A stretch of 64,000 nt of DNA from the human T2T-CHM13v2.0 reference genome, Homo sapiens. The notes beneath the pieces are model-generated. The model was given only the letters and a program-made list of their open reading frames with translations. It was not told the DNA's origin and did not search any database. The number at the start of each line of letters is the position of its first letter. The stretch's first letter is position 1. The DNA lies in the NCBI RefSeq assembly GCF_009914755.1, contig NC_060938.1; one strand, written 5' to 3'. A program made the position numbers and the translations under genes. Positions 12,627-35,064 of this stretch are shown here, piece after piece.

Positions 12627-12678
12627 CTCACCGCCATTCATGAAGTGGTGGAGCCTGCCTGCCTGAGGGCCTTTATAA
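12627..12678 (+). promoter_or_regulatory. DUX4-type promoter: DBE-like element (CTCACCGCCATTCATGAAG) and TATAA box
   Basis: TATAA at 12674-12678, ~140 bp upstream of the ATG at 12815. The GC box is mutated (AGTGGTGG). Confidence 0.6.
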
Positions 12679-12814
12679 GAGCCGCTGGCTGGCTGTCCGG
12701 TCAGGCCTCCTGGCTGCACCTGCTGCAGTGCACAGGCTGACTGAGGTTCACGGGATGCCGCCAGCCTCTCTCTGACCGTGTGCATCTGTGAAATTCTGGC
12801 TGGGGCTCCCCGCC

Positions 12815-14057
<1,243 letters not shown>

Positions 14058-14757
14058 GACTTGGGGTGGCGATGGGGTCGGATCGGGGCAGGGCGGTGGT
14101 CTCTCTTTCGTGGGGAACACCTGGCTGGCTATGGAGGGGCGTGTCTTCCCCCCTCCCCCTCCACCGGGCTGACCGGCCTTTGATTCCTGCCTTCTAGGTC
14201 TAGGCCCGGTGAGAGGCTCCACAAAGCAAAGAACTGCCATTCTTTCCTGGGCATCAGGGGGATCCCAGAGCCGGGCCAGGTACCAGCAGTTGGGTCGCCT
14301 ACTGTGCACGCGCGGGTTTGCTGGCAGCTGACTGGGCTGTGGGAGCAGCCCGTGCAGAGCTCTCATGCCTTTCCACCACCCCACCCCCGCCTGACCACCT
14401 CCTCCCCACCCCCACACCCCACCCCCGGAAAATGCATCCTCCCCTGGGCTGAGTGGATACCCCCGTCCCGCAAAACACCGGGACCGCGCAGCGTCCAGAC
14501 CTGACACCCCTCCGGTGGCTCGCTTCCTCTGAACCTTCGCGCCACTGTCGCCGGACCGCCCGTGACCCTGAAGCCTCCCAGCTGCCACCATGGAGCGCCT
14601 GGCGGCGGAACGCAGACTTCTAGCTCTCTTTTCCGGCCTCCTGGCTAGACTTGCGCTCATTGCACACCCTGGGTGACGTGCAAGGGAGCCCGCTGGCCTT
14701 TCTATGCCCTTGTCCATCCCGACAATTCCAGCTGAGGCTCTCCAAACACCTTCCGAC

Positions 14758-17700
14758 GCTCTTTAGTCAAAGCCTGGAGAATAGTTACATCTCCTGGATG
14801 ATCAGTTCAGAAATGTGTCACAATGCCCCTTCCTGCGGAGACTAGAGAAGATTTGCATCATTTGAGTGATCAGTGTAGAGATATATCACAATGTCCTCTG
14901 TATAAAAAGCCTGGAAATGATTTACATCACCTCGGAGATCAGTGCATAGGTATGTCAGAAATCCCCAGTAGGCTGAACCTAGACAAGGGTTACATCACTT
15001 AGGTGATCAGGGTAGAGATACCTGAAAATTCCCGTGTAGACAGAGCCTAGACAAGTGTTACATCACCTAGTGATCAGTGCAGGGATAAGTTGTAAAGCCT
15101 CCTGTAGGCAGAGTGTAGACAAGTGTTTCCTCTCTGGGGTGATCAGTGCAGAGTTATGTCACAAAGCCCCTTTAAGCAGAACCTCGACAAGGGTTACATC
15201 ACCTGTTTGATCAGTGGAAATGTATATCACAAAGCCCCCGTAGGCAAAGCCCAGACAATTGTTACATCACCTGGGTGAGCAGTGGAGAGATCTGTCACAA
15301 TGATTCTGTCGGCAGAACTTAGACAAGGGTTACATCACCTGGGTGATCAGTGCAGAGATATGTCAAAACGCTACTGTAGGCTGAACCTAGGAATGAGTTA
15401 CACCAACTGGGTGATCAGTGCAGAGATATGTGAGAATTCCCGTGTAGGCAGAGTCTAGACAAGTGTTACATCACCTAGGTTATCAGTGCAGGTATAAGTC
15501 ATAAAGCCTCCTGTAGGCAGAGCGTAGACAAGAGTTCCCTCCCCAGGGTAATCAGTGCAGAGATGTGTCACAAAGCCCCTGTAGGCAGAGCCTAGACAAG
15601 AGTTACATGACCTAGGTGATCAGTCCAGAGACACATCGCAATGTCCCTGTAGGCAGAACCTTGACAAGTGGTACATCACCTGGGTGATCATTGCAGGGAT
15701 ATGTCACAAAGCACCTTGTAGGCAGACCCCAGAGAAAAGTTATATCACCTGGGTGATCAGTGCAGAGATATGTCAAAAGCCCCCTGTAGGCAGAGCATAG
15801 ACAAGAGTTACATCACCTGGGTGATCAGTACAGAGATATGTCAAAAGCCCCCTGTAGGCAGAGCATAGACAAGAGTTACATCACCTGGGTGATCAGTGCA
15901 GAGATTTGACACAATGCCCCCATAGACAGAGCCTTGACAAGACTTCCATTACCTGGGTGATCTGTGTAGAGATATGTCACAAATCCCCCTCCAGGCAGAG
16001 TATAGAGTAGAGTCTCATCACCTGGGTGATCAGTGCAGAGATATTTCACAATGCCCCTTGTACGCAGAGAGTGGACAAGAGTTACATAACCTAGGTGATC
16101 TGTGCAGAGCTATGTCAAAACGCCCCTGTAGGCAGAGGCTAGATAAATGTTACATCACCTGGGTGATCAGTGCAGAGATACGTCACAATACCCCATATAG
16201 GTGGAGCCCAGACAAGAGTTACATCACCTGGGTGATCAGTGCAGAGATACGTCACAATAACCCCTGTAGGTGGAGCCTAGACATTAGTTACATCACCTGG
16301 GTGATCAGTGCAGAGATATGTCACAAAGCCCCTGTAGGCAGAGCCTAAACAAGAGTTACATCACCAGGGCGATCAATTTAGAAATATGTCACAAAGCCCC
16401 GTAGGCCGAGCCTAGACAAGACTTACATCTCCTGGGTGATCAGTGCAAAGATATGTCACAAAGCCAACTGTAGACAAATCCCATAAAATTGTTACATCAC
16501 CTGAGTGATCAGTGGAGATATCTGTCACAATTCCCCTTTAGGCGAAGCTTAGAAACACGTTACATCACATGAGTGATCAGTGCAGAGATATGTCACTATG
16601 CCCCCATAGGCAGATCCAAGACAAGAGTCCATCACCTGGGTGATCAGTGCAGAAATAAGCCACAATACCGCCAGTAGGCAGATATAGACAAGAGTTACAT
16701 CACCTGCGTGATCACTGCAGAGATAAGTCACAATGCCCCTGTAGGAAGAGCCTAGAGAAGAGTCCCATCATCTGGGTGATCAGTGCAGAGTTATGTCTCA
16801 ATGCCCCCTTTTGGCAGAGCCTAGACAAGCGTTACATCACCAGGGTGATCAGTGCAGGGAAGTGTCACAAGCCCCCTGTAGCCAGAGCCTAGACAAGAGT
16901 TATATCAGCTTTGTGATCAGTGCAGTGACATGTCACAATGTCCATGTAGCCATATCATTGAGAAAAGTGACATCACCTTGGTGATCAGTGTGGAGATATG
17001 TCACAATGTCTCCAGTAGTCAGAGCCTAGACAAGAGTTACATCACCTGGATGATCAGGGCAGAGACATGTCACAATGCCCCTGTAAGCAGATCCCAGACA
17101 AGAGTTGCATCACCTCGGTGATCAGTGGAGAGATACGTCTCAATGCCCCCTGTCAGCGAAGCCTATACAAGAGTTACATCATCTCGGTGATCAGTGCAGT
17201 GATATGTGAAAATGCCCCTGTAGGCAGAGCCTAGACAAGAGTTACATTACCTGGGTGATCAGTGCAGAGATGTCTCATGGTACCCCCTGTAAGCAGAGCC
17301 TAGACAAGAGTTACATCACCTGGGTGATCAGTGCAGAGATATGTCATAAAATCCACTGTAGGCAAAGCCTAGACAAGTTTTACATCACCTCAGCGATCAG
17401 TGCAGAGATATGTCCCAATGTCCCTCTAGGCAGAGCTTAGAGAAGAGTCACATCTCCTGGGTGATCAGTGCAGAGATAAGTCACAATGCCCCCGTAGGCT
17501 GAGCCTAGACAAGAGTTAAATAACCCGGTTGATCCGTGCAGAGATAAGTCACAATGCTCCCATAGTCAGAGCCTAGAAAAGTGTTACATAACCCAGGTGA
17601 TCCGTGCAGAGTGATGTCACACCGCCCTCTGTAGGTAGAGACTAGAAAAGAGTTACATCATCTGGGTGATCAGTGCAGAGATATGTCGCAATGCCCACTG

Positions 17701-19783
17701 TAGGCAGATCATAGAGAAGAGTTGCATCACCTGGGTGATCAGTGCAGGGATATGTCAAAATGTCCCCTGTAGACAAACCCTAGGTAAGAGTTACATCACC
17801 TTTGTCATCAGTTCAGGGATATGTGAAAACGCCCCTGTAGGCAGAGCCTAGAAAAGAGTTATATCACCTAGTTGATCAGTGCAGAGACATTTCACAATAC
17901 CCCCTGAAGGCAGATCCTAGACAAGAGTTGAATCACCTGGGTGATCAGTGCAGAGATATTTCACAATGCCCCCTTTGGGAAGAGGGTAGACAAGAGTTAC
18001 ATCAGCTAGGTGATCCGTGCAGATATTTGTCAAAATTCCCTGTAGGCAGTGCTTACAAAAGTGTTACATCACCTAAGTGTTCAGTGCAGAGCTCCTGTAG
18101 GCAGAACTTAGATGAGTTAAATCACCTGGGTGATCAGTGCAAAGTTATCTCAGAAAGCCCCCTGTAGGCAAAGCCTAGACAATAGTTACATCACTTGGGT
18201 GATAAGTGGCGAGATCTCTCACAATTCCCTTGTAGGCAGAGTTATACAACAGTTACATCATCTGGGTGATCAGTGCAGAGATATGTCACAATGCCTCCGT
18301 AGGCACACCCAAGACAAGGGTCCATCACCTGGGTGATCAGTGCAGAAATATGTCACAATGCCCTCTTTGGCAGAGCCTAGACAAAAGCCCCAACACCTGG
18401 ATGATCAGTGCAGAGTTATGTCACAATGCCACTGTAGGCAGAGCTGAGACAAGCGTTACATGACCTAGATGATCAGTGCAGAGATACATCGCAATGCCCC
18501 TGCAGGCAGAGCCTTGAGAAGTGGTATATCACCTGGGTGATCATTGCAGGTATATGTCACAAAGCACCCTGTAGGCAGATCCTAGAGGAGAGTTATATCA
18601 CCTGGGTGATCAGTGCAGATATATGTCACAAGCCCCCTGTAGGCAGAGCCTAGACAAGAGTTATATCACCTGGGTGATCAGTGCAGTGATATGTCACAAT
18701 GCCGTGTAGCCAGAGCCTAGACTAAAGTTACAGCACCTGGGAGATCAGTGCAGAGATATATCACAATGTCCCCAGTAGGCAGAGACCAGGCAAGAGTTGG
18801 ATCACCTCGACATCAGTGCAGAGATATGTCTCAATCCCCGTGTGGGCATAGCCTAGACAAGAGTTACATCACCTCGGTTAACAGTGCAGAGATATGTCAA
18901 AATGCCCCTGTAGGCAGAACCTACACAACTGTTACATCACTGAGGTTATCAGTGCAGATATATGTCACAATACCCCCTGTAAGCAGAGCCTAGACAAGAG
19001 ATACATCACCTGGGTGATCAGTGCAGAGATATGTGACAAGGCCCCTTTTAACAGAGCCTAGACAATAGTTACATCACCTGAGTGGTCAGTAAATAGATCT
19101 GTCACAATGCCACTTTAGGCAGAGCTTAGACCAGAGTTACATCAGCTGGGTGATCAGTGAAGAGATTTGTCAGAATGCCCCCATAGGCTCATCCAAGACA
19201 AGATTCCTTCACCTGGGTGATCAGTGCAGAAATATGTGACAATGCCCCCAGTAGGCAGAGCCTAGAGAAGAGTCCCATCACCTGGATGATCAGTGTAGAG
19301 ATATTTCACAATGCCCCTGCAGGCAGAGCGTAAGCAAGTGTTACATCACCTAGATGATCAAGTGCAGAGATATGTCACAAGGCCCCCTATAGGCAGAGCC
19401 TGGACAAGAGTTACAACACCTCGAAGATCAATGCAGTGATATGTCACTATGCCCCGAAGGCAGAGCCTAGTCAAGCGTTGCATCACCTGGTTGATCAGTG
19501 CAGAGATATGTCACAAAGCCCCCATACACAGAGCCTAGACAAGAGTCCCATCACCTGGGTGATCAGTGCAGATATATGTCACAATGCCCTCATAGGCTGA
19601 TCCAACACAAGAGTTACATCACCTGGGTGATCAGTGTAGGGATATGTCAAAATGTCCCCATAGGCACAGCCTAGACAAAAGACCCATCACCTGGGTGATC
19701 AGTGCAGAGATGTGTCACAAAGCCCCTGTAGGCAGAGCATAGACAAGAGTTACATCTCTTTGTTGATCAGTTCAGAGATGTGC
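14758..19783 (+). repeat. Beta satellite array
   Basis: Tandem 68-bp monomers with the same consensus. Confidence 0.96.
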
Positions 19784-20408
19784 CATGCTGACTGTTTGCT
19801 CCTGGAGCTCTGCGGGCACCCAGAAACATGCAGGGAAGGGTGGAAGACTGACATGTTGCCTTCGCTCTCATTGCCAGGTTCCAAACCGGCCACACTGCAG
19901 ACTCCCCATGTTTCTGCACACAGGAATCCATCGTCAGGCCATCACGCCGGGGAGGCATCTTCTCTGTGGTCTTGCTCTGGTCTCCTACGTGGAAGTAAAC
20001 GAGAGCCACACGCCTGCGCGTGTGAGACTGTCCCAGCAACGGCGACACCCACAGGCACTGCCTCCTTCACGGAGACAGGGCCTGGAACTCTCAAGACTCC
20101 CACGGAGGTTCAGTTCCACACTCCCCTCCACCCTCCCAGGCCGGTTTCTCCCTTCTGAAGATGCGTGGGAGCCCAGAGAGCAGCTTCCAGTTCCTGCGGG
20201 ATTCCTGGAGAGGTTCGGAGAGCCAGCCCCCGAAACGCAACCCCCTCACCTCTTCCCCCTCGCCCCCTTCCTCTTCGTCTCTCCGGCCCCACCACCACCA
20301 TCACCACGCCCTCCCACCCCACCCCACCACCCCACGGCCGCAGGCCTCGACGCCCTGGGACACTTCAGGAGTGGTGCGGGCTGTCCCAGGGCTCACCGCC
20401 ATTCATGA

Positions 20409-21844
<1,436 letters not shown>

Positions 21845-23085
21845 GACGCGGGGTTGGGACGGGGTCGGGTCGGGGCAGGGCGGTGGCCTCTCTTTCACGG
21901 GGAACACCTGGCTGGCTATGGAGGGGCGAGTCTTCACCCCACCCCCTCCACCAGGCTGACCGGCTTGGGATTCCTGCCTTCTAGGTCTAGGTCCGGTGAG
22001 AGGCTCCACAGAGCGTAGAACTGCCATTCTTTCCTGGGCATCCTGTGGATCCCACAGCCGGCCCAGGTACCAGCAGGTGGGCCGCGTACTGCGCACGCGC
22101 TGGTTTGCGGGCAGCCCCCTGGGCTGTGGGAACACCCTGGGCAGAGCTCTCATGCCTTTCCACCACCCCACCCTCGCCATACCACCACCTTCCAACCCCC
22201 ACCCCCCTCCCCCGGAAAATGCGTCCTCCCCTGGGCTGGGTGGAGACCCCCGTCCCGTGAAACACCGGGCACGCACAGCATCCAGGCTTGACACCCCTTG
22301 GCGGCTCGTCTCCTCTGCGCCTCTGTGCCACTATCGCTGGCCCGCCCGTGCCCTTGCAGCCTCCCAGCTGCCACCATGGAGCGCCTGGCGGCAGAATGCA
22401 GACCCAAGGCCTGGCACACACCGGGGACACTGAGCGTTCCAGGTGGGAGGGAAGGCGGGCAGAGATGGAGAGAGGAACCAGAGACCTAAAGGGGCAGAAG
22501 GATGGGCGGAGGGACTTTAGCAGGGGGGAAAGGAGGGAAGGAGGGAGGGAGGGAAGCTGGGAGGAACGGAGGGAAAGAAAGAGAGATGCAGTGACTGGGT
22601 GCGGGCGGGAGGGAGCCAGGGACAGAGGGAGGAAGGCAGAGAAGAAAAGTGGTCTTCAGCCTCTCGGAGGAACGGGACCCCCGCCCTCCGGGAAAATGGT
22701 AAGCATCCGGCACAAGCTGAGGGCTCAGGAAACAGCCGCCGCCTCTGCCGGCGGAGCAGTCATTCGCTCCGTTTCCGTGGCCCAGGGAATGGGCAGTTTC
22801 CTCTGAGACAAAAGACCGGGACTCTGGTTGGCATCGGGTTTTCACCGGCATGGATCACAGACTGCACATCCCCAGGCTGAGCCCCACAATGGAGCACGAG
22901 GCCGACAGCCCCGACCGCGGAGGAGCCACACTTGGGACGAAGGAGGCGTGATGTTGGTTTCCGCGTGGCTTTGCCCTCTGCAAGGCGGCCTGTTGCTCAC
23001 TTCTCTCCGGCCCCCGAAAAGTTGGCCATGCTGTTTGCTCCCGGAGATCTGCGGTCACCCGGAAACATGCAGGGAAGGGTGGTAG

Positions 23086-25087
<2,002 letters not shown>

Positions 25088-25782
25088 GACATGGGGTTGG
25101 GACGGGGTCGGGTCGGGGCAGGGCGGTGGCCTCTCTTTCGCGGGGAACACCTGGCTGGCTATGGAGTGGTGTGTCTTCCCCCCGCCACCTCCACCGAGCT
25201 GACAAGCCTGGGATTCCTGCCTTCTAGGTCTAGGCCTGGTGAGAGACTCCACGCAGTGGATAACTGCCATTCTTTCCTGAGCATCCCGAGGATCCCAGAT
25301 CCGACCCAGGTACCAGCAGGTGGGCGGCCTACTGTGCACGGGTGGGTTTATGGGCAGCCGCCTGGGCTGTGAGAGCAGCCCGGACAGAGTTCTCATGCCT
25401 TTCCAGCACTCCACCACCGCCTGACAACCCTCACCCCACACCCACCCCCAACTCCCGGAAAATGCGTCCTCCCCTGGGCTGGGTGGATACCGCCGTCCCA
25501 CAAAACACCAGGCACATGCAGCGTCCAGACCTGACACCCCACTGGCATCTCGCCTCCTCTGTGCCTCCGTGCCACCTTCGCCAGACCGCCCGTGCCCCTG
25601 CAGCCTCCCAGCTGCCACAATGGAGCGCCTAGCTGTGGAACGCAGAAATCTAGCTCTCTTTGCCATCCTCCTGGCTAGACCTGCGCTCATTGCAGACACT
25701 GGCTGACGTGCAAGGGAGCCTGGTGGCCTCTCTATGCTGGTGTCCGTCCGTGGAATTCCAGCTGAGGCTTTCCCAACACCTT

Positions 25783-28700
25783 GAGAATAGATACAACTCC
25801 TGGATGATCAGTTCAGAAATATGTCACAATGGCCCCTCCCTGTGGAGCCTAGAGAAGATTTGAATTATTTGGGTGATCTGTGCAGAGATATATCACAAGG
25901 TCCCCTGTACAAAAAGCATGGAAATGATTTACATCACCTCGGTGATCAGTGCATAGGTATGTCAGAAATCCCCAGTAGGCTGAACCTAGACAAGGGTTAC
26001 ATTACTTAGGTGATCAGTGTAGAGATATGTGAAAATTCCGGTGTAGACAGAGCCTAGACAAGTGTTACATCAACTAGTGATCAGCGCAGGGATAAGTCGT
26101 AAAGCCTCCCATAGGCAGAGTGTAGACAAGTGTTTCCTCCCTGGGGTGATCAGTGTAGAGATAGGTCACAAAGCCCCTGTAAGCAGAACCTTGACAAAAG
26201 TTACATCACCTGTTTGATCAGTGGAAATGTATATCACAAAGCCCCCTGTAGGCAAAGCCCAGACAACAGTTACATGACATGGGTGAGCAGTGGAGACATC
26301 TGTCACAATGCCCCTGTAGGCAGAGCTTAGACAAGTGTTACATCACCTGAGTGATCACTGAAGAGATATGTCAAAAAGCTCCTGTAGGCTGAACCTAGAC
26401 AGGAGTTACATCACCCGGGTGATCAGTGCAGAGATATGTGAGAATTCCCGTGTAGGCATACTCTACACAAGTGTTACATCACCTAGGTTATCAGTACAGG
26501 TATAAGTCATAAAGCCTCCTGTAGGCAGAGCGTAGACAAGAGTTCCCTCCCCAGGGTGATCAGTGCAGAGATGTGTCACAAAGCCCCTGTAGGCAGAGCC
26601 TAGACAAGAGTTTCATCACTTGGTTGATCAGTTCAGAGATGTGTCACAATGTCCATGTAGGCAGATCAAAGACAAGAGTCCATCACATGGGTGATCAGGG
26701 CAGAGATATGTACCAATATCCCCTGTAGGCAGTGCCTAGACAAGAGTTGCATCACCTCAGAGATCAGTGCATAGCTATGTCGCAAAGCCTTCTGTAGGCA
26801 AAGCCCATACAAGGTTTACATCATCTAGGTGATCAGTGCAGTGATATGCCACACAATTCCCTGTAGAAACAGACTAGACAAGAGTTACATAACCTGGGTG
26901 ATCCGTACAGATATTTGACACAATGCACCCATAGATAGAGCCTAGACAAGACTTCCATCACATGGGTGATCAGTGCAGAGATATGTCACAAATCCGCCTC
27001 TAGGCAGAGTATATAGAAGAGTCCCATCACCTGGGTGATCAGTGCAGAGATATTTCACAATGCCCCCTGTGGGCAGAGAGTGGACAAGAGTTACATAAGA
27101 TAGGTGATCTGTGCAGAGCAATGTCAAAACGCCCCTGTAAGCAGAGCCTAGATAAATGTTACATCACCTGGGTGATCAGTGTGGAGATACGTCACAATAC
27201 CCCCGGTAGGTGGAGTATAGACAAGTGTTACATCACCTTGGTGATCAGTACAGAAATATGTCACAAAGCCCCTGTAAGCAGAGCCTAAACAAGAGTAACA
27301 TCACCTGGGTGATCAGTGCAGAAATATGTCACAAAGCCTCTGTGTGCCGAGCCTAGGCAAGAGTTACATCTCCTGGGTGATCAGAGCAAAGATATGTCAC
27401 AAAGCCCCCTGTAGACAAATCCCAGAAAATTGTTGCATCACCTGGGTGATCCATGGAGATATCTGTCTCAATTCCCCTTTAGGCGCAGCTTAGACAAGCG
27501 TTACATCACATGAGTGATCAGTGCAGAGATATGTCACTTTGCCCCCATAGGCAGATCCAAGACAAGTGTCCATCACCAGGATGATCAGTGAAGAAATATG
27601 CCACAATGCCGCCAGTAGGCAGATATAGACAAGAGTTACATCACCTGCGTGATCACTGCAGAGATATGTCACAATGCACCTGTAGGCAGAGCCTAGACAA
27701 GAGTCCCATCACCTGGGTGATCAGTGCAGAGTTATGTCGCAATACCCCCTTTGGCAGATCCTAGACAATGGTTACATCACCTGGGTGATCAGTGAAGAGA
27801 TGTGTCACAAGCCCCTGTAGCCAGAGCCTAGACATGAGTTACATCAGCTGTGTGATCAGTGCAGTGACATGTCACAATGTCCCTGTAGCCATATCCTGGA
27901 CAAAAGTGACATCACCTGGATGATCAGTGTGGAGATACGTCACAATGTCTCCAGTAGGGAGAGCCTAGACAAGAGTTACATCACCTGGGTGATCCGGGCA
28001 GAGATATGTCACAATGCCCCCTGTAAGGAGATCAGAGGCAAGAGTTAAATCACCTCAGTGATCAGTGCACAGATATGTCTCAATGCCCCCTGTCAGCGAA
28101 GCCTATAGAAGAGTTACATCATCTCGGTGATCAGTGCAGTGATATGTTAAAATGCCCCTGTAGGCAGAGCCTGGACAAGAGTTACGTCACCTGGGTGATC
28201 AGTGCAGAGATATCTCCCAATACACCCTGTAAGCAGAGCCTAGACAAGAGTTACATCACCTGGGTGATCAGTGCAGATATGTCATAAATCCCACTGTAGG
28301 CAAAGCCTAGACAAGTTTTACATCACCTAAGGGATCAGTGCAGAGATATGTCCCAATGTCCCTCTAGGCAGAGCTTAGACAAGAGTCACATCTCCTGGGT
28401 GATCAGTGCAGAGATAAGGCACAATGCCCTCATAGGCAGAGGCTAGACAACAGTTACACAACACGGGTGATCCGTGCAGAGTGATGTCACAACGCCCTCT
28501 GTAGGCAGAGACTAGAAAAGAGTTACATCACCTGGGTAATCAGTGCAGAAATGTGTCACAATGTCCCCTGTAGGCTGAGCATAGAGAAGAGTTGCATCAC
28601 CTCTGTGATCAGTGCAGAGATATGTCACAATGTCCCCTGTAGGCAGAGCATAGAGAAGAGTTGCATCACCTGGGTGGTCAGTGAAGAGATATGTCACAAT

Positions 28701-30259
28701 GTCCCAAGTAGGCAAAGCCTAGGCAAGAGTTACATGACCTTTGTCATCATTTCAGGGATATTTTAAAACGCCTCTGTAGGCAGAGCCTAGACAAGAGTTG
28801 AATCACCTGGGTGATCATTGCAGAGATATTTCACAATGCCACCTTTGGGCAGAGGTTAGGCAAGAGTTACATCACCTAGGTGATCGGTGCAGAGATTTGT
28901 CCAAAATCTCTGTAGACAGTGCTTATAAAAGTGTTACATCACCTTAGTGATCAGTGCAGAGATATGTCACAAAGCTCCTGTAGGCAGAACATAGATGAGT
29001 TACATCAACGGGGTCATCAGTGCAAAGTTATGTCAAAAAGCCCCCTGAAGGCAAAGCCTAGACAATAGTTACATCACTTGGGTGATCAGTGGCGAGATCT
29101 CTCACAATTCCCCTGTAGGCAGAGCTTATACAACAGTTACATCACCTGGGTGATCAGTGCAGAGATATGTCACAATGCCCCCATAGGCACATCCAAGACA
29201 AGTGTCCGTCACCTGGGTGGTCAGTGCAGAAGCATGTCACAATGCCCCCTTAGGCAGACCCTAGACAAAAGCCCCATCTCCTGGATTATCAGTGTAGAGT
29301 TATGTCACAAAGTCCCTTTAGGCAGATCCTAGACAATAGTTACATCACTTGGATGATCAGTGCGGAGATATATCACAATGCCACTGTAGGCAGAGCTGAG
29401 ACAAGAGTTACATGACATAGGTGATCAGTGCAGAGATACATCGCAATATCCCTGTAGGCAGAGACTTGTCAAGTGGTACATCACCTGGGTGATCATTGCA
29501 GGGATATGTCACAAAGCACCCTGTAGGTAGAACCTAGACAAGAGTTATATCACCTGGGTGATAAGTGCAGTGATATGTCACAATGCCGTGTAGCCAGAGC
29601 CTAGACTAAAGTTGCAGCACCTGGGAGATCAGTGCAGCGATATGTCACAATATCCCCAGTAGGCAGAGACCAGGCAAGAGTTGGGTCACCTAGGAATCAG
29701 CACAGAGATATATCTCAATCCCACTGTGGGCACAGCCTAGACAAGAGTTACATCACCTCGGTTAACAGTGCAGAGATATGTTAAAATGCCCCTGTAGGCA
29801 GAGCCTACACAAGTGTTACATCACTTAGGTGATCAATGCAGAGATATGTCACAATAACCCCTGTAAGCAGAGCCTAGACAAGAGTTACATCACCTGGGTG
29901 ATCATTGCAGAGGTATGTGTCATTGCCCCTTTAAGCAGAGCCTGGACAATAGTTACATCACCTGAGTGATCAGTGCAGAGATCTGTCACAATGACCCTTT
30001 AGGCAGAGCTTCTACCAGAATTACATCACCTGGGTGATCACGGCAGTGATATCTCACAATGCCCCTGTAGGCAAACCCAATAAAAGATAATGTCACCTGT
30101 GTGATCAATGCAAAAATATGTGACAATGCCCCCAATAGGCAGAGCCTAGAGAAGAGTCCCATCACCTGGGTGATCAGTGCAGAGATATTTCACAATGCCC
30201 CTGCAGGCAGAGCCTAGGCAAGTGTTACATCACTTTGTTGATCAGTTCAGAGATGTGTA
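25783..30259 (+). repeat. Beta satellite array
   Basis: Tandem 68-bp monomers. Confidence 0.96.
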
Positions 30260-30710
30260 AGGCTGACCGTTTGCTCCCGGAGCTCTGTGGGCACTGGGAA
30301 ACATGCAGGGAAGGGTGGAAGTCTGGCATGGTGCCTTCGCTCTCCTTGCCAGTTTCCAAACCGGCCACACTGCAGACTCCCCATGTTGCCGCACACGGGA
30401 ATCCATCGTCAGGCCATCACGCCGGGGAGGCATCTCCTCTCTGGGGTCCCGCTCTGGTCTCCTACGTGGAAATGAACGAGATCCACCCGCCTGCGTGTGT
30501 GAGACTGTCTTGGCAATGACGACACCCACAGGCACTGCCTCCTTCACGGAGAGAGGGCCTGGAACTGTCAAGACTCCCACGGAGGTTCAGTTCCACACTC
30601 CCCTCCTCCCTCCCAGGCTGGTTTCTCCCTGATGACTACACGTGGGAGCCCAGAGAGCAGCTTCCAGTTCCCGCGGTATTCCTGGAGAGGTCCAGAGAGC
30701 CAGCCCCTGA

Positions 30711-32324
<1,614 letters not shown>

Positions 32325-33023
32325 GTCACAGAGTTGGGACGGGGTTGGGTCGGGGCAGGGCGGTGACCTCTCTTTCGTGGGGAACACCTGGCTGGCTATG
32401 GAGTGGCGTGTCTTCCCCCAGCCCCCTCCACCAGGGTGACAGGCCTGGGATTCCTGCCTTCTAGGTCTAGGCCCGGTGAGAGAGTCCACACAGCGGAGAA
32501 CTGCCATTCTTTCCTGAGCATCCTGGGGATCTCAGAGCCGACCCAGGTACCAGCAAGTGGGCCGTCTACTGCACACGCGCGGGTTTATGGGCAGCCGCCT
32601 GGGCTGTGGGAGCAGCCTGGCAGAAGCTCTCATGCCTTTCCACAACACCACCCACGCCTGACCAGCCCCACCCCACCCCCAAATCCCACCCCCGGAAATT
32701 GCGTCCTCCCATGGGCTGGGTGGAGACCCACGTCCGGTGAAACACCGAGCCCACGCAGCATCCAGGTCTGACACCCCTCCAGCGGCTCGCCTCCTCTGCA
32801 CCTCCGCACCACCATCGCCGGCCAGCCCGTGCCCCTGCAGCCTCACAGGTGCCACCATGGAGAGCCTGGCGGTGGAACGCAGACGTCTAGCTCTCTTTGC
32901 TGGCCTCCTGGCTAGACCTGCACTCATTGCGCACCCCGGCTGATTTGGAAGGAGACCGCTGGCCTCTCCGTGCCCTTGTCTGTCTGAGAAATTCCGGCTG
33001 AGGCTCTCCCAAAACCTTGCGAC

Positions 33024-35064
<2,041 letters not shown>

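Noticed and set aside
30079-30084. AATAAA in beta-satellite as an alternative poly(A) signal for copy 3
   Set aside because: It is ~4.3 kb beyond the exon-3-like region, sits in a single diverged monomer, and has no other support.
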